Assembly: GCA_016748015.1 (NCBI GenBank)
Contig: JAAOMT010000590.1
Coordinates: 491,912-555,911 of the forward strand
Source of the DNA: Geosiphon pyriformis uo1
Lineage: Eukaryota > Fungi > Glomeromycota
Length of the DNA stretch: 64,000 bases
Direction of reading: 5' to 3'
Position numbers and translations under genes: made by a program
The notes under the pieces: model-generated
Told to the model about the DNA's origin: nothing
The model's database searches: none
What the model saw: only the letters and a program-made list of their open reading frames with translations
Shown here: piece by piece, positions 50,037 to 64,000 of the stretch
Layout of the letters: the number at the start of each line of letters is the position of its first letter
Numbering within the stretch: position 1 is the first letter of the stretch

Positions 50037-53000
50037 TCAAACTTTTTCATTGAGCCCATCATCCCCAACACCTTTAACTTGAATTCCCATTTTATCAAAA
50101 GTTGCAAAGTCCATGAATTTTTCTTCTCGCGAAATTGCCGTTGTTGATACATTTTCCAGTAATGCAGACTCTTGATATATTGGTAATTTGACATCATCAT
50201 TATTATCCTCCTCCTCTTCGTCCTCTTCAATTGATTGACTTCTGTGTCCTTCTGAATATGAGGAGGAAATCGATTTTTCGGGACTCTTGATAGTAGATGA
50301 TATAGGGGAGGTTAAAACAGATTTAGAAGTAGAAGAATTCTTTGCTGTTGCCACAGGGTTGTGATTCTTGGTAACAGCGGATATTGAAGGCAATTCGACT
50401 GTATTCATCGATGCCTGGCCGCCATTGATTTTATTGAAACCTGATTGAAAATCGGCCGACCAGTCAGCAACAGTAAGCAGCTGCTTTGTTTCATTATTGG
50501 AAGGCCATTGAATGGAGGGTGCCTATATTTTAAATATTGGTGTTATTTTCTCGTAAAAAGAATAAAAAAAAACCTATTTTCAGATTTTACTGATATTCTA
50601 GAAAACCTCTTCATCGCTGTCAACTTTAAGATCACCGGCCAGTGAGGAATGTCGATTTTCAAAAGGGTCACCCTGCAAAACAGAATTTATTGTCAATGTT
50701 TTTCTTGAATTTATACAAATAAATTTGGAACTTACTTCTGGGAGATCATAATCCGGATCCCTGCTCAAATTTAAGATTTTCAGATATTATTATGCTATAT
50801 CTCAAATTTATATTCATAAACAGACTTACGCCCAACTGTCATCTTCATCCTCTTCCTCGTCCGATGAACCAAACTTATCAGGTAACTCGTTTGTGATTTG
50901 CTCAGTAAGATACCTAGCAAACTACAAAAAATTGTGTAATCATTTTGTAAGATGATTTTAATCAAATGTAGTAAGGTTATTTACTTGATCGCCAGTTGTA
51001 TCTATAGGTAGATCTTCCGTGTCAACACTTGGTTCGATCCCACAATCCTCCTCGCTGTCTTCTGGACTGTGTGATAAACTATCATGGTTGCTCGGTCTCT
51101 GTCCCCCCAAATGCGCATGATCCCGTTCTCTTGTTTCACGAAGGGTTTTCGAAACATATTCTTGCCATTCGACAGCCTCAATATAATCTAAATGAATAGA
51201 TAAGAAATGAGAACATTTCAGAGCAAATTGAAAGATAAAGCTCTGTCAATAAAGTAAAAGGCCAACCTCTCACTTTCTCACCGATCTCCACTGGATATCT
51301 GTCAAGCAATTTCACAACTTCTTCGGCAATATAGGTCAGATGACCCATATAGCCCAATCTTATGCCTTTGGATTTCTTCCTATTGTACAAGATTGAGCCA
51401 AGTAAGAGAAATCGATATTTCTTAATGATCTATTGGTAGAATCAATTCAACCAAAAGACCTTGCATCCGATTATAATCAATAAAATATAATTAGCATACA
51501 CTTCTTTTTCATTCAAATTCTGAGCCACTGTTATACGTTTGGTTAATTGACCATCTGTAAAGATCTTAAAACATTTTTCCAAATAGAAGTAAGTAAAACT
51601 ATTTACGAAGAAATTTTTGCCACTAGGCAAACAAATTTGACTTACGGATATTGCCAAAGCTTTATTATATCCAATGTCCATTCGCCCAGTAAATATTTGG
51701 GCAATCATGTCATATACAACGGTATGCAAAAAATTATTCCATTTAAAGGTGAAAAAAAGATCCTATAAAGTTAATTTTAATAAAATTTTTGATATTAAAT
51801 TTTTGATGCATTGAAGTAATAGACCAAATATTCAATCAATAAAATTAAAAAATAAAAATACCAAGCATGTAGGCAGGATCTTATGATCAATAAATTTTTG
51901 TTTGAGCAAATCCCCAACTGGGATTTGAGAGTTTTTGGATGGTTTTAAACCATTAACATCACCATCGGAAACCTCCGAGTTTTTAATAACATGACCATCG
52001 GAAACCGCCGAGTTTTTAATAACATCACCATCGGAAACCTCAGAGTTATTAATAATATCTCCATTAGCAGAAGATTCCATCAATGCCGAAACTAGAGGAA
52101 TCGGAGTTTCCTTTGAGGTTGCTTTGGCAGAGGTATCCTTTATTACCCCTGAATTAGTATCAACTGAAGTCCACCCGACTTGGGAAGTTTGCAAATCATA
52201 TAATTTTTGAGATTGTATTTTTATCGCAGGAATAAACGTTGGTTCTAATTCTCGGTGATCATTATATTCACCAACTTTTTTCAGTTCAAAAAACCCATTC
52301 GTAGAAGGCTCAGGAGGTAAAGCATTTAGCAAGCTCATATTAGAGCAGTGAAGTAATTCAGCCAAAAGTTCACAAATCTTAAATCTTTCAAATCCAAGTG
52401 GCATTATTTTCCCTATCGTGGTGTTAATTTCGCTCTTCTACAAGAAAACAATATTTTAGACAAGAAAGGATTCATTGTCGATTAATGACATTGAAATTAA
52501 TTCATACCACAGACTTTGGGTTCTCAAGTAGTTTCTTGAATTCCCCAATACGATTGGCTAATACCCTTAACATATCACTGAGATCAATAGCAGAATGTTG
52601 CATTGTCTCTTCATGGTAATCGCTAAATATATCAAGAAAATTCCAGAGTGCAATAAATTTTCATAAATTTAGAGGAAAATGAAAGTTGAAGGTTCGACGA
52701 TAATACAAAAAAAAACTGACCAATTATTTTTTTGAATTATTTGAATGAAAATGCTCACACCGTTTATCAAGGTGGATGTTGAACTGGGAGATTCAGTGTC
52801 AAGCATGTAATCAACGAGCTGTGATACCGTCTTTTCACTGAAGGCAAATTACGAATATTAATCACAATGTGCAGATAGATGAAAAAAGATGTGCAGGTAC
52901 TCCACCTGATAAGTTCTCTACTTAACGCATTTGGACCAACACCTCCTTGTTCGGGGGTACTCGATTGAGAAATGGCAATAATGTCTGTTATAACTTGAGC

Positions 53001-54037
53001 TGCTGTTGAATGTATCTTGAGAACATAAAAAATAATTGGATTTTAAATAGATAAATTGGAAGTCAAGAAAGCTTATCGATATTTCTCACTTCTGAGTCCA
53101 AATTAGGGTTCAGTTTGGAGATCAAAGCTTGAATGAGACCTTCAGAGTTAAGCCACTGTTCTCGTATAATATATGGAGCAATAGTACAAAATGGAGATCA
53201 GTGGCGGAAAAAAAATAAAGCCTCATTGATTAAAATATATTTGGTTAATCTCACTTCAATAACACCAGTACCCTCGGGATATTCTTCAACACTTATCAAC
53301 TTCAAAAGTAAATCCATAATCGCAGATGTTTCCATGTGCTTCAAGAGTTTGCTAACAACATTAGGGATGGATTGTACAAATTTCACCATCTAAATTAAAT
53401 GAAAAAATAAATTTAGAATGAAAATTCACAAATTACATATCTAAAGATTCTAAAATTTATATCTGAATAAAACTGTCAAACCTCGCTTGTTTTCTTCTGC
53501 AAGAAGACCACGTTAACTTTATAAAAATAACTAGCCTGCAAGGGGTTTAGTCGTGGAGGCCGATCTAAGATTTGCCAAAAGGTTTCGAGCAAGTCTGGAT
53601 TATCAATCGCCGCTTCACATATTGCCCAGATTTCACAAGAAAGGACCTCGCATGCGACGTAGGGATACCTTTGAAAAGTTATAAATGAAATCAGTTAGAT
53701 ATTAGATTGTAAAAAATTTTCATGTAAAAAGTTAAGAGATACACGTGTACTTGCTTGAATTTTTGTCTATCATCTAAATCCTCACGAATAATGTAATTAA
53801 GAAGCTGGGAGAGAATGATAGGGTCTCGAAGGCTATGGTAAAGTTTTGAGTGAGATTAGCAGAATATTTTATAAACATTGCGAAAGATTTCGCAACTTAC
53901 TATTCAATTAGTTTATTGTTATGTGCTTTGCACTCTTGAAGCAAATCATCTTCGTCCAAAAGATCTTCAAGTGTCAGATCTTCCTTGTCCAATAGACCGT
54001 CAATGACCGAAGAGGTTAAACCAAATCTCCAAAACAT
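50037..54037 (-). CDS. SIT4/PP6 phosphatase-associated protein (SAPS family, Sap185/Sap190/PP6R-like), multi-exon
   Basis: MFWRFG...[12 protein letters not shown] start; [12 protein letters not shown]; [21 protein letters not shown]; [17 protein letters not shown]. Confidence 0.9.
51955..52050 (-). repeat. 33-bp coding tandem repeat (3 x NS[E/A]VSDG[D/H]VIK) in the SAPS gene
   Basis: Three copies of ACCATCGGAAACC spaced 33 bp apart. Confidence 0.85.
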
Positions 54038-54334
54038 TTTTAGTTTCTTTCAAGTAAAACAATTTAAAAATAGGAACTTTGAAATTATATCTTAAATAGA
54101 TTAATATCACAAATCTATATTGCTTCAGCGAAATAGCTTGAACAAAATTTAGCCAACAAACACTTTTACATTAATCATAATATTTTAAACTTACTACTTT
54201 CAACCGATCCGATATAAACATTACCGTGACACTATCGACTGCCACGTTCTTTTAAAAAAGTGATAAAATTGTGTGACGAGCGCTTAACAATAGAGAACTT
54301 CTCTTCCTCTCTTCACCTCTGCTATTATTGGAAA
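54038..54334. promoter_or_regulatory. Probable bidirectional promoter between the SAPS gene and NDUFA9
   Basis: About 300 bp between divergent ATGs. Confidence 0.5.
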
Positions 54335-56385
54335 ATGAGCAATTTTTCTTTATGGAAGAACAGTAATTAATTCCTGCAAACTCAACCTTTTCCTTTGCAT
54401 TGGAGGCTAATGGTTTTTTATCTAGGCTTTCGAAAAAATGTCTTGAATCTAAAGATTAAAAATGGAATTCCTAACAGCCAAAAAGTACACTTTCCATGAC
54501 GCTTGGAGGGAATTTTTTCATAATAAATTTAGTTATTTATACCATTTTTTGATTCTAGCGTACTGCCCATGACCTTATCATTCGCAAAACAACGGGAAAA
54601 CCTATAATCAAATATGGGCCAGGAGGACGGTAAATCGAGTTTTGGACTTTAATATTAGCAAACGACTTGACATCTTTCTTGATGTACCTTTGGTTTTTTG
54701 CTCTTGATGTATAATAGTTTCTCATTTTGTTGATGCACGTTCACAATCTCAATTTTACTAATCGGGGTTGAGATACAAGCATTTCGCCATATTTGTGGAC
54801 ATCAAGAACAAAATCTCATTTTACAAGTATATATGTTAATTTTCACTGAATTTGTAGTTCCTCTGTCAGTGGACACATTGCAACCGTATTTGGGTGTACT
54901 GGTTTTCTTGGTCGATATGTTGTATCCAAGCTCGGTGAGTATATTTTTTTTAGATTGCCCTTAATAGAATAAGCTTTCATACTTTTCCAGCCAAAAAGGG
55001 GACCCAAGTAGTAATTCCTTATCGGGATGAAGATCAAAAGAGACCTTTAAAAGTGATGGGAGATCTGGGCCAAATCGTTCCAATCGTCAGTATTTCCTCG
55101 ATCCAAAATTTGACTCGTTAAATTATTCTTTTAATTTTATTCGAATTCATGTGGTTTGGCCCCTTTTTCCAAATTTTCTCCAGGAATTCGATCTTAGAAA
55201 TAGAGATGCAATCATCTCAGCTGTAAAACATTCGGATATTGTATATAATTTGATTGGGAGAGATTATGAGACGAAGTAATTATTCGCTTTTCTTTTGAAA
55301 TACCGAAACAATTACAACCTCCATTGAGTTTTATCGATAGTCATTAATTTAAATTCAAGAACCAGAGATTATAATTTAAAAAGTTAATAGAAATTCATCT
55401 TATTTTTTTGCCGTTTGCCTGCACAGGAATTTCTCTTTTGAAGCGGTCCACATTGACGGTGCCATAGAAATTGCGAAGGCCGCACGTGATCACGGAGTAT
55501 CAAGGCTTGTACACGTTTCTGCATTGAATGCTAATGAGAATTCATCTTCAAAATTTTATCGCACAAAGGTGACTAAAATCTCCTCAATTTTCTCGTTAGT
55601 AAATGGTATATTCTTTTAATTCCTAATATTTTGTAATCCTTGTCAAAGTAGGCTATAGGCGAAAAGAGGGTCAAGGAAATTTTCCCTGATGTAACGATTG
55701 TTCGGCCCGCAAGAATTTATGGCATAGAGGACAGGTTTTTGAATAGAATTGCAGGTTTGTAAGGAAAATTTTTTCTATTGAAATTCACCAGGAAAGATTG
55801 ATTTCTAACTTCTACTTAAAAGCCGGGTCTGGATTCGAATTCTTGATTAGAAATGGCGATTCCAAAATGTACCCTGTGAATGTAAGTTCCTGTTTCTTTT
55901 TTTAATTTGAATTTATAATCCAATATTTGAAGCATCTTTCCCTTATAATCCAGGTACTTGATGTTGCCCATGCTTTGGAGATAATGCAAAAATCTGAATC
56001 AACTATCGGTGAAACCTACGAGCTTTTCGGAGACAAACAATACAGCTATGCGCAAATTTGCGATTTTGTAGCGTATATGACTTTGAAAAGGGTAACACGT
56101 ATTTTCGTTCCCAAATCCATTGCCATAATGTATGCGCGACTTGTCGGCTTTCATCCTTCAGCACAAATTAGTCCAGACGATATTGAAAGGATGCTGATTG
56201 ATGATCATCTCACCCCAGGCTTGAAAACTTTCAAAGACCTAAGTATTGAGCCACAATCGTTAGAAGCCTCTTCTTTAAGAACCCTTAGATTATACAGGAA
56301 GAATACTCGATTTGAACTTCCACTAGATGAATTAGCCGGCAAGAAATTTAAGGATAGCTCCCCTTTTTTTCACACAAGCACATAG
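54335..56385 (+). CDS. NDUFA9: NADH:ubiquinone oxidoreductase 39/40 kDa subunit (SDR fold), multi-exon
   Basis: [30 protein letters not shown]; [10 protein letters not shown]; [14 protein letters not shown]; GETYELFG; GT-AG introns. Start exon is inferred. Confidence 0.92.
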
Positions 56386-56724
56386 TTATGAAATTTTGAT
56401 AATTGCAGAATCAGTTCACACATATATGGATTTTAGGTAAATAGTTACCTCCCAACTTGTTAAATAATTTAATTCAGTGGGATGCCAAAATTTTACGATA
56501 AATTTAATACGACTCTTGCCTTAAAAGGAAATAGCAATTTTATATTACAAATATCCGAAATTGGTCGAGAAAATGATCTGACCTGATGACGGAAATCAAT
56601 GTTTTTGATTAATATGTAAATTCAATGTCCCCCATCAGTTTATCAGATAATACCCTAGTCAAAAAATGCTTGGTAAGCTCCCCCTTGACCATTTCGCACT
56701 TAGCGATGGTTTGACAATCTTACT

Positions 56725-59700
56725 TTATTCCTCAATACCACCAATTCCCGTATTGATGCTACTATTAGTGTTGGTCCCAGACACTGCCCCGGAGGATAAA
56801 ACGTGTTGATTAGCTTCCCCCAGGAAAGAAACTCCCTTATAAACAAAAGCATCGAACTCATTATCGCTTGGAACCTGTGAACTAGTTTGACTGCTCACGA
56901 CTTTTAATCGTTCTATATCTTCTTCATCATCTTGCTCGTTGTTTGTGTAAAGAACTGGAGATCCTGCGACTAAAGTAGGTCTCCGCGAAGGATTAAATGA
57001 AGGAGATGAAAGGGAAGAAGCTGAAGAAGGAATGGCAGTAGAAGTAGTCGGAGTGGCAGATGCAGAAGATGAGGCATATGAAGAATCCTGCCCTCCACCT
57101 ATGGATAGCTTTCGAGATCTTGAAGTAAGTTTGAGGAGTGATGGGCGTCTTTTCTGTACCGACGGTTTCAAAGCGCCTGTTGATGGGGTTTCTTCGATAG
57201 GTAAAGTTGTTTTTTTAGATTTTGAAAATGACCTTTTGTTACGCAAATGTGTATTTATAGTTAAGTCAGGTTTTGAACGTGCTTGAGAAGCAGTATTTGA
57301 CTGGAGATCTAATGACTCTGTTGTCTCTGAAGTGTTTGTAACATTTGCCATCGGACTTGAATTTGTTGAAGACGTAGAACTATTGGGAGGATTGTTGTTT
57401 TCTATGCCCACTGTACTATCCTCTACGAACACCGCAGATCTACGATCGCCGGGTTTCATCGTCATCCCGCTAGCAATATCATCAATGTTTCCAGCTGAAA
57501 GACGACGAATATCTGGACGCTGATTCCTCGCATCAAAATAACTGGTATCCTGAGCATCGTTTGGAGCGGGAACAAAAGGCGCTGGTTGTTGCCTTATATG
57601 TTCCCAGTCTATACACTGAAAAAATGAATGGGATTTTACCTTAGCAGCAGTAAGCCGTTTTTCAGGATCTCCAGTTAGTAATTTTGAAATGAGATCTTTT
57701 GCATCCTCTGATAATAAACCCTCCTCGGGCCACTGAATTGCGTCATTTAAAATGTTTTTGAATATAGCTTCTGGGGTTTCATCCATAAAAGGTGGGTAAC
57801 CACATAAAAATTCAAAAAGGCAAACTCCCATAGACCACCAGTCTACTGCGGTAGTATGTCCAATGCCTAATAGGAGCTCGGGTGCCAAATAGTCTGGCGT
57901 ACCCAATATAGCTTTGGAGCTTTGGCGATTCTGCCTTTTGGTCAAAACTTTCGACGAGGAAACAGCAGCAATAACCTCTTTTGGATCCAGCTGTATAAAA
58001 TTCACGTGCCCAGTTGCACGCTTAGTTTTCTCGTCAGCAAAAACAGCAGAAACTGGGCGAGAGTCGGTGCTACCTCCACGTAAATTTAGAGGAAATGATT
58101 TTTTGTTTGAAGCATTGGTTGTGTTTTCCTCTTTTACAAATGACAAGGTGTTTTTTTCAGGAATAGTTATACGTGACAAACCAAAGTCTGTGAGCTTAAT
58201 GTGACCTTCTGCGGTTATGAGCATATTGTCCGGTTTTAGATCACGATGTGTGATCCCATTATTATGCAAGTACTCCAAGGCAAGGATAACTTCAGCAGTG
58301 TACATTCGTGCCATCTCTTCATTAAACACCCCAAAGACTTGAAGAAGTGAGGACACATCCCCACCAATTAGATATTCCATCACCTGAATCAAAAAATATT
58401 CAAGAAAAATGAATATCGCCAATATGGAAAAACATCAATTATCGGCCACTCACCAGATACAGATAGTCTTGACTTTGAAAAGCATAATACAGTTTCACAA
58501 CATACGGGGTCCTTGATAAACTTAAAACACGTCTTTCAGCCAAAACATGATTGACCATGTTCTTCCGAACCATGTCAACTTTTTTGAGGATTTTGATAGC
58601 GTAGAGGTCTCCTGTTGTTTTTTTCCGAGCCAAATAAACCTTACCAAAAGCACCTCGGCTAATAGGTTTGATAATCTCAAAATCTTGAATACTAGGAATT
58701 TTAGTCTTCGATCCCTATGAGATGGATTGGAGATAATGTAATGACTCGAGAAATGTTTCTAGTATGCCAAAAACGAAAATTTCCAGAATATTTTACCATT
58801 TTTTCCCCGGAAGCTGGGGATGAAAGGCTACCTCCATCTTTATTGAGGGAACTTGTGCTGGCAGTGCGACTATTTCCGCCTCTTAAAACCGCAGTAAACA
58901 AAGAAATAAACGTTTTTCCACCTTTGGGAGGTGGGGGATTATAATCAGAATCTAACAAGTTCGGAAGCCCGTAGTGTATTACATATACAGGATGTGCAGT
59001 TCACTTTAGTTTAATTGAATTGCTCGTTGAATTACAATATTAGCCATAAAAAACTAGAACGAACCATAAGCGGGGGATGATTTTATTGAGCCAGCACTAT
59101 CTTGCCTTTTATGTATTGGCGTATTATCCTTTTCAACTTGAGAGTTCCGTCGAGCCTGTAAGGGATTATAGTTTGTAGAATTTTTGGAGGAGCTTTGGGA
59201 GGCTGAGGTGGATAAAATTCGGCTTGTCATAGACAGCTTTCTGCCAAGTTTATCCTTTTGCGGAAGGCGGAGATTGGAATTATCTTTGTCTACACTATTG
59301 GTGGTGCTAGAGGTTGAGGTAGCTATGCCCGAAACTGCATTTGTGGAGCGTATTTTTGAAAAATATGATCGCAGAGTTTCGTTTTTTTCTTGAACCTAAT
59401 AAAATTTATGTATTATATTCCTTTCTCTAGTCATGAATATCCCGTTGATAGCTTCAAATAAGAGCAGGAGGATTTTCCTACCACATGAAGCAATCGTTTC
59501 CCATAGGTGAAAATAAGATCATCCCTAGCCATATTTTTATCCATTTCTTCGACCAATCGAGCCAATTTATTGGCATATTTTTCACATTTTCGAAGCGCTT
59601 CACGACGATTTGAAGTTTCTTTTATATCAGCAGCCCTATGAAAGATTTTGAATAAATAATAAATTTAATTATCCAAATTATTACAGAGAAAACACCAACT

Positions 59701-62700
59701 TTATTCCAATATCCTCCATCAATTCAGCATCTTTGACGTTATAATAATCTCTGTATGGCGTATTGCGGTCCTAATGCGTGATTATGTTAATTTTTTTCTT
59801 CACGATTAAATATACTAAAAAAAACGGCTAAACTGAATGAATAACATACGCCTATCATGATTTCTGCTTTTCGCTTCGCCACATCTCCTACAAGCTTTCT
59901 TAAACGACCATCGCAAGCTTGCAATTGAATAGCATATTCTGTGGTGATAGCACATGATTCGGAATGTGCGTCGAGTTCATGGCTGGATATCATTTCTTCA
60001 CAAATGCGGCACAAAATATAATCATGTGGCATAGTAAAAATCCCAGAAGTGGTAATATTTGAGGAATTGTTACTCGAGCCGTTTTTGCCGTCTTTGAGCG
60101 ACAAAGCTGAACTACGACGTGACAATGAAAATGCTGTAGAATCAAAAGATAATGAACGAGTTTTTTCCGGTGGACGTGTGAGGTGAGTGTTTCGAACTAC
60201 ACTAGATTGAGTGGAAGATCGTGTAGGAGATCCAGTTGGGGAAGTACTAGATGATGATGTAGGACTATGAAACGCATTTTTTAAGGATTTGAAAAAGTTT
60301 ATGACAGGTTTAGACTATGCAAAGAGGAAAGGAAAGCAAAGTTTAAATTCAAGTGAGTATTTGAAAAGGTAAAAATCCAGAATTCGACAAATTTTTGAAA
60401 TTACGAAAAATTTTTTGATAATTACCTTTTTTTTAGGTTTTTTCATGTCCAAATCCTCATCTTCGTGTTGTTTACGAAGGATCCCAAAATCAATCTCCCT
60501 ATTCATCTCTTCGTGTAAATATTGTTCTACTTCCTTCTGCATCAATGGCCCCCATGTGAACATATTATCATCTATACTAGTACGTGGCGGAGGGACGTAC
60601 ATAATTGGACTCTCAAAAATTGCTTCATTAACAGAAGCGCGACGTTGTTCAAGGGAAGTACGTAGAGATACATTACCCACAATCGGGGAGGGGATTAAAA
60701 CGTGCCTGGCCAGTGGAGAAGAATATGTAGGGGCTGGTGGTGGTAATAATGACATGAATCGGGATCCATTGTTACTAGAATCTAATTCGGAAGCTGATGA
60801 TTTTCTTCGAACATGAATAGGCGGGGAGTGAAAGGGTGGTGTAAGTGGGGTCATTGGAAGAGAAGGAGATGGCAATGGAGAGGGTACTGAAGACCATTCG
60901 GAACTAGTTGTGAGTGGATCATTAGTTCCATCACCAGATAACTCTTGGTTGGTCTCAGCGAAAGAATAACTCTGAAGAATAGAAGCTGTATTGAAAATCG
61001 TTTCTCAGAGCGAAATTTCAAGAATTATAATTGGCTTACCAATGCTTCGACTGCTCTGGTCACATCTGCAAATGCATAGACAAGTCGTGTCAATAATTCT
61101 TCTGCATCTGCATTTCCCACTGCCATTTTGCGTTGAGATTCCATCAATTCTTGAAGTTCTTTCATAATTTCAACAGCCACATTAGAATAAATCAGATCGT
61201 GAACTTGTGTCTTTACAATTCGTCGAGCGATACGATCGATCCGAGTCAAAAGTATTGTGTGAGAAGATGCTGAATAAAATTATTTCGAGTTAAAGATAGG
61301 AAGAAATATTTGGAATGGTATCATAGGGTGATAGGCGAAACTGGAGGATCACCAAAATCTACAATCACCCTAATAGAACCAAGATCAGTCAAATAAAGTA
61401 CTTTTCCCATTAGGATAAGCTTGAAGGTTCTTCTTAAAGAAGAAAATTCGATCGTTCAAGGAATAATTATTTTCTTCTTTTGGAGACTTGCGAACCCTCT
61501 AATATGCGATGGCGATTCTTGTTTTCCCTTAGAGCTGGTCTTTTGAAATTTATGAGCAAAAACGTAAATTATAGGAATCTATATTTAACATACCTAATAC
61601 TGAAGGTGGCCAACTGTTAGATTGCACCATGCTTTTCTTGGGTCTAATCACATTCTTGGAATTTGTAATTGTTTCATTTGACGAAGTGAATAATTCTTTT
61701 CTTGCGAATTTGATATCATCTGGCTCTGTGACCAACAAACTATGGGGTCTTTTCCCTTTCAGATCAGACGATAATGAAATCCTCTTATTTTTCATTGGGA
61801 AACTTTCATCATCGGTGTCACTAACCAAAATGTTATTGGTATGACCTAATGCCCGCTGGCTGTTATTTCTTTTGTTAATAATAGGTTCTGGTTTATCTTC
61901 ATCATCACTCCAAACGTCATACAAAAGTTCACTTAATTGTTCTTTATATTGATGAGATTTACGCCATTCTTCCAATATCAACAAGATAGCTCTGTTTGCC
62001 CGATATTTTGCATCTTCTAAATCTTTCAATATTTTGCGCTTTACTTTTGGGAAAGCGAATTCTGGGCTTCTCTCGTCTATAATATGCAAGTGACTGACAT
62101 GGTTTTCTTCAGCCTCGGCTGCTAGGTCAGGGAAGAAACGATAAGTAGGGGATTGTGGGAAGGAGGGTCGTCTTGTAATTGATGAAAGCGAACGAGAAAG
62201 GGAGGTTTGCTCATCGTTTGTGAAGTAGTGATCGGAATCCGTCTCCAGAGAGTCCGTTTCTGAATCAGAATAAGGAGATGAATTGCTAGATGCATAATTT
62301 TCCGATCTTAAATTGAATAGTCTTTTTAACTGAGAATTTGCACCACTTGGACTACGTTGGAGTTGAGCAAGAGGTATTTTAGGTTGATAACTAAGACTAG
62401 AGTGCTGTAAGGGCGAGGAGGAGGGTGCGGACGCAGGAAAATACATTTGAGTTTGTGTCGATATGTATTGAGATTGATTTTGCAGGGTAGGATGTTGATG
62501 GTGTCTAGGGGGTGAAAACTGGTTGATCGCCTGTGGACTGCTGTTAGGAAACTTGCCAGAAAGAAGAAATAACGAGTGATGTCTCTCTCGTTGTAATGCA
62601 GGATGACTTGATGGCAAAGAGGCAAGGTATGGGGAATTAAGTGAACTATTTGTTGAGGTAGTACCAGAGTTTGGAGAGCCTGGTGCGGAATCGTCGTATT

Positions 62701-63037
62701 CTTCAAATGATGAACGTTGACTAATTTCACTTTCGTTTGCGGTACATAGATTGGGAGGGTATAAAGTTGACTGGACACGCGGCTTTAAAGCTAAGCTCTT
62801 CTTCAATAAACTTTGACTTGAAGCTGAAGTTGAAAGGCTTCTTCTTGTTCGGCGAGTAAATTTATGGTTTGAAAGTTCGTCTTGTGGAGACGATGTTTGA
62901 CCAACTGTGGACGATGTTGCTGGATTCAACAGCGTCCCAGTGTTGGTTGGTAAGGAAGAGGGCAGACCTTTGGAAGCGGTGTGTTCGCCGGGCAAAGAAC
63001 GCGATGTGAAAGGATTTTTTATTCTTTCTTCATGCAT
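56725..63037 (-). CDS. Rim15/Greatwall(MASTL)-family AGC Ser/Thr kinase, multi-exon
   Basis: [22 protein letters not shown]; HRDLKPDN; DFGLS followed by a long insert, then GTPDYLAPE; C2HC finger CRICEE..H..SC; AGC tail PFVP...DTSYF. Confidence 0.88.
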
Positions 63038-63699
63038 TGTGTTATCACGAACCAAAAAGTGATAATGACGTTTTTGCCTTCCAGAATAAAGATGCGCAAA
63101 GATAAATTAAATGGTAGATTTTGGATTTTAAACAGTGCGATCTTTAAGCTAACCTCTACTAAAGTCCTTAAGAATTCACTAAGATAAACTATTACTTTCC
63201 CGGTCCTGCCTGTAATATTGTAAAACCCTTATAAAGATGATAGCACAGCGTTCATTTCCCGGCAACAATTAAGGAAATCGATTCGGGAAGTCAAAATTTA
63301 CGTATATCATGCTTATTTAAATTGCAAATTTTAGGGAAAATCTATTTAAAACACTATATAAGTGATTATTATTATTATTGATATGGCACATATATTGTCA
63401 ATAATTATATATATATAATTATAAACCATAAATTTAACTTATAATTAAAACATAATATTTCAAATAATTCAATAAAAAAAGTTTTTACCAATTAATTTAT
63501 TTAATTTAATAATTTTTAAGTATAATAAAAAATAAAATGTTGTAAATTAAATATCAAACTAAAAATTTATATTGTTTATATACTTTTGATAAAATTTTTT
63601 TAATTTTTGTTTTTGGTTTATTATGTTAAAATTATTATTTAATTAATCTATAATTATTATTTTTTTATCATTATTTTAACAATTACTATTTATTATAAT

Positions 63700-64000
63700 A
63701 CAACTAGATATATGTTCTAAATAAATATGGCTTATATAGTTTTACATATAACTAATTATTTGAACTAATCAAGATTATACTATATTAAATTTACAAAAAA
63801 AACTTATTTAATTTACTTATTTTATGCATAATACTAACAAAATTATTGCTATTTTTAACCAAACTGCTTATTTACTTAATAGTTATATTGTATTAAATTT
63901 AAAATTTAAAGTTTAAAACTTTTATAAAATTTTTATTTTAGCAAAAATCTTTTTATTAACAAAATATTTTTATTATTAATAATTGTTTTATTATTAAACA
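63700..64000 (-). mobile_element. Very decayed LINE-like 3' end in AT-rich sequence
   Basis: 63720-63785 resembles the reverse complement of the LINE 3' end at 43560-43630. Confidence 0.4.

Noticed and set aside
45381-63037. Cdc4, SAPS and Greatwall-like kinase as a cell-cycle gene cluster
   Set aside because: Interrupted by unrelated NDUFA9; no evidence of co-regulation or conserved synteny from sequence alone.

Overview
Eukaryotic, intron-rich, AT-rich fungal DNA; the gene style and repeat content are consistent with a Glomeromycotina fungus such as Geosiphon (inference). Positions 1 to about 44.4 kb are a nest of decayed retroelements. There are several related Ty3/Gypsy LTR-retrotransposon lineages, labelled A-F here: A is truncated by the window edge, B is interrupted by C, C and D are near full length, and E and F are fragments. 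Relics of an RNase H-bearing LINE-like element are also present, and there is a 963-N assembly gap inside C. All copies carry many stops from C>T/G>A changes. Comparing diverged copies gives an unusual shared architecture: LTR - PBS - [GUG start] Gag-PR-Cys-rich region-dUTPase-RT-RNaseH STOP - CAA-rich spacer - [own ATG] integrase STOP - [own ATG] conserved ORF3 in the env position - conserved motif + PPT - LTR, with 4-bp TSDs. Junction analysis also indicates a large inversion between the inverted A and D copies. From about 45.4 to 63 kb are four ordinary multi-exon genes: a Cdc4-like F-box/WD40 protein, a SIT4/PP6-associated SAPS protein, the complex I NDUFA9 subunit, and a Rim15/Greatwall-family kinase.
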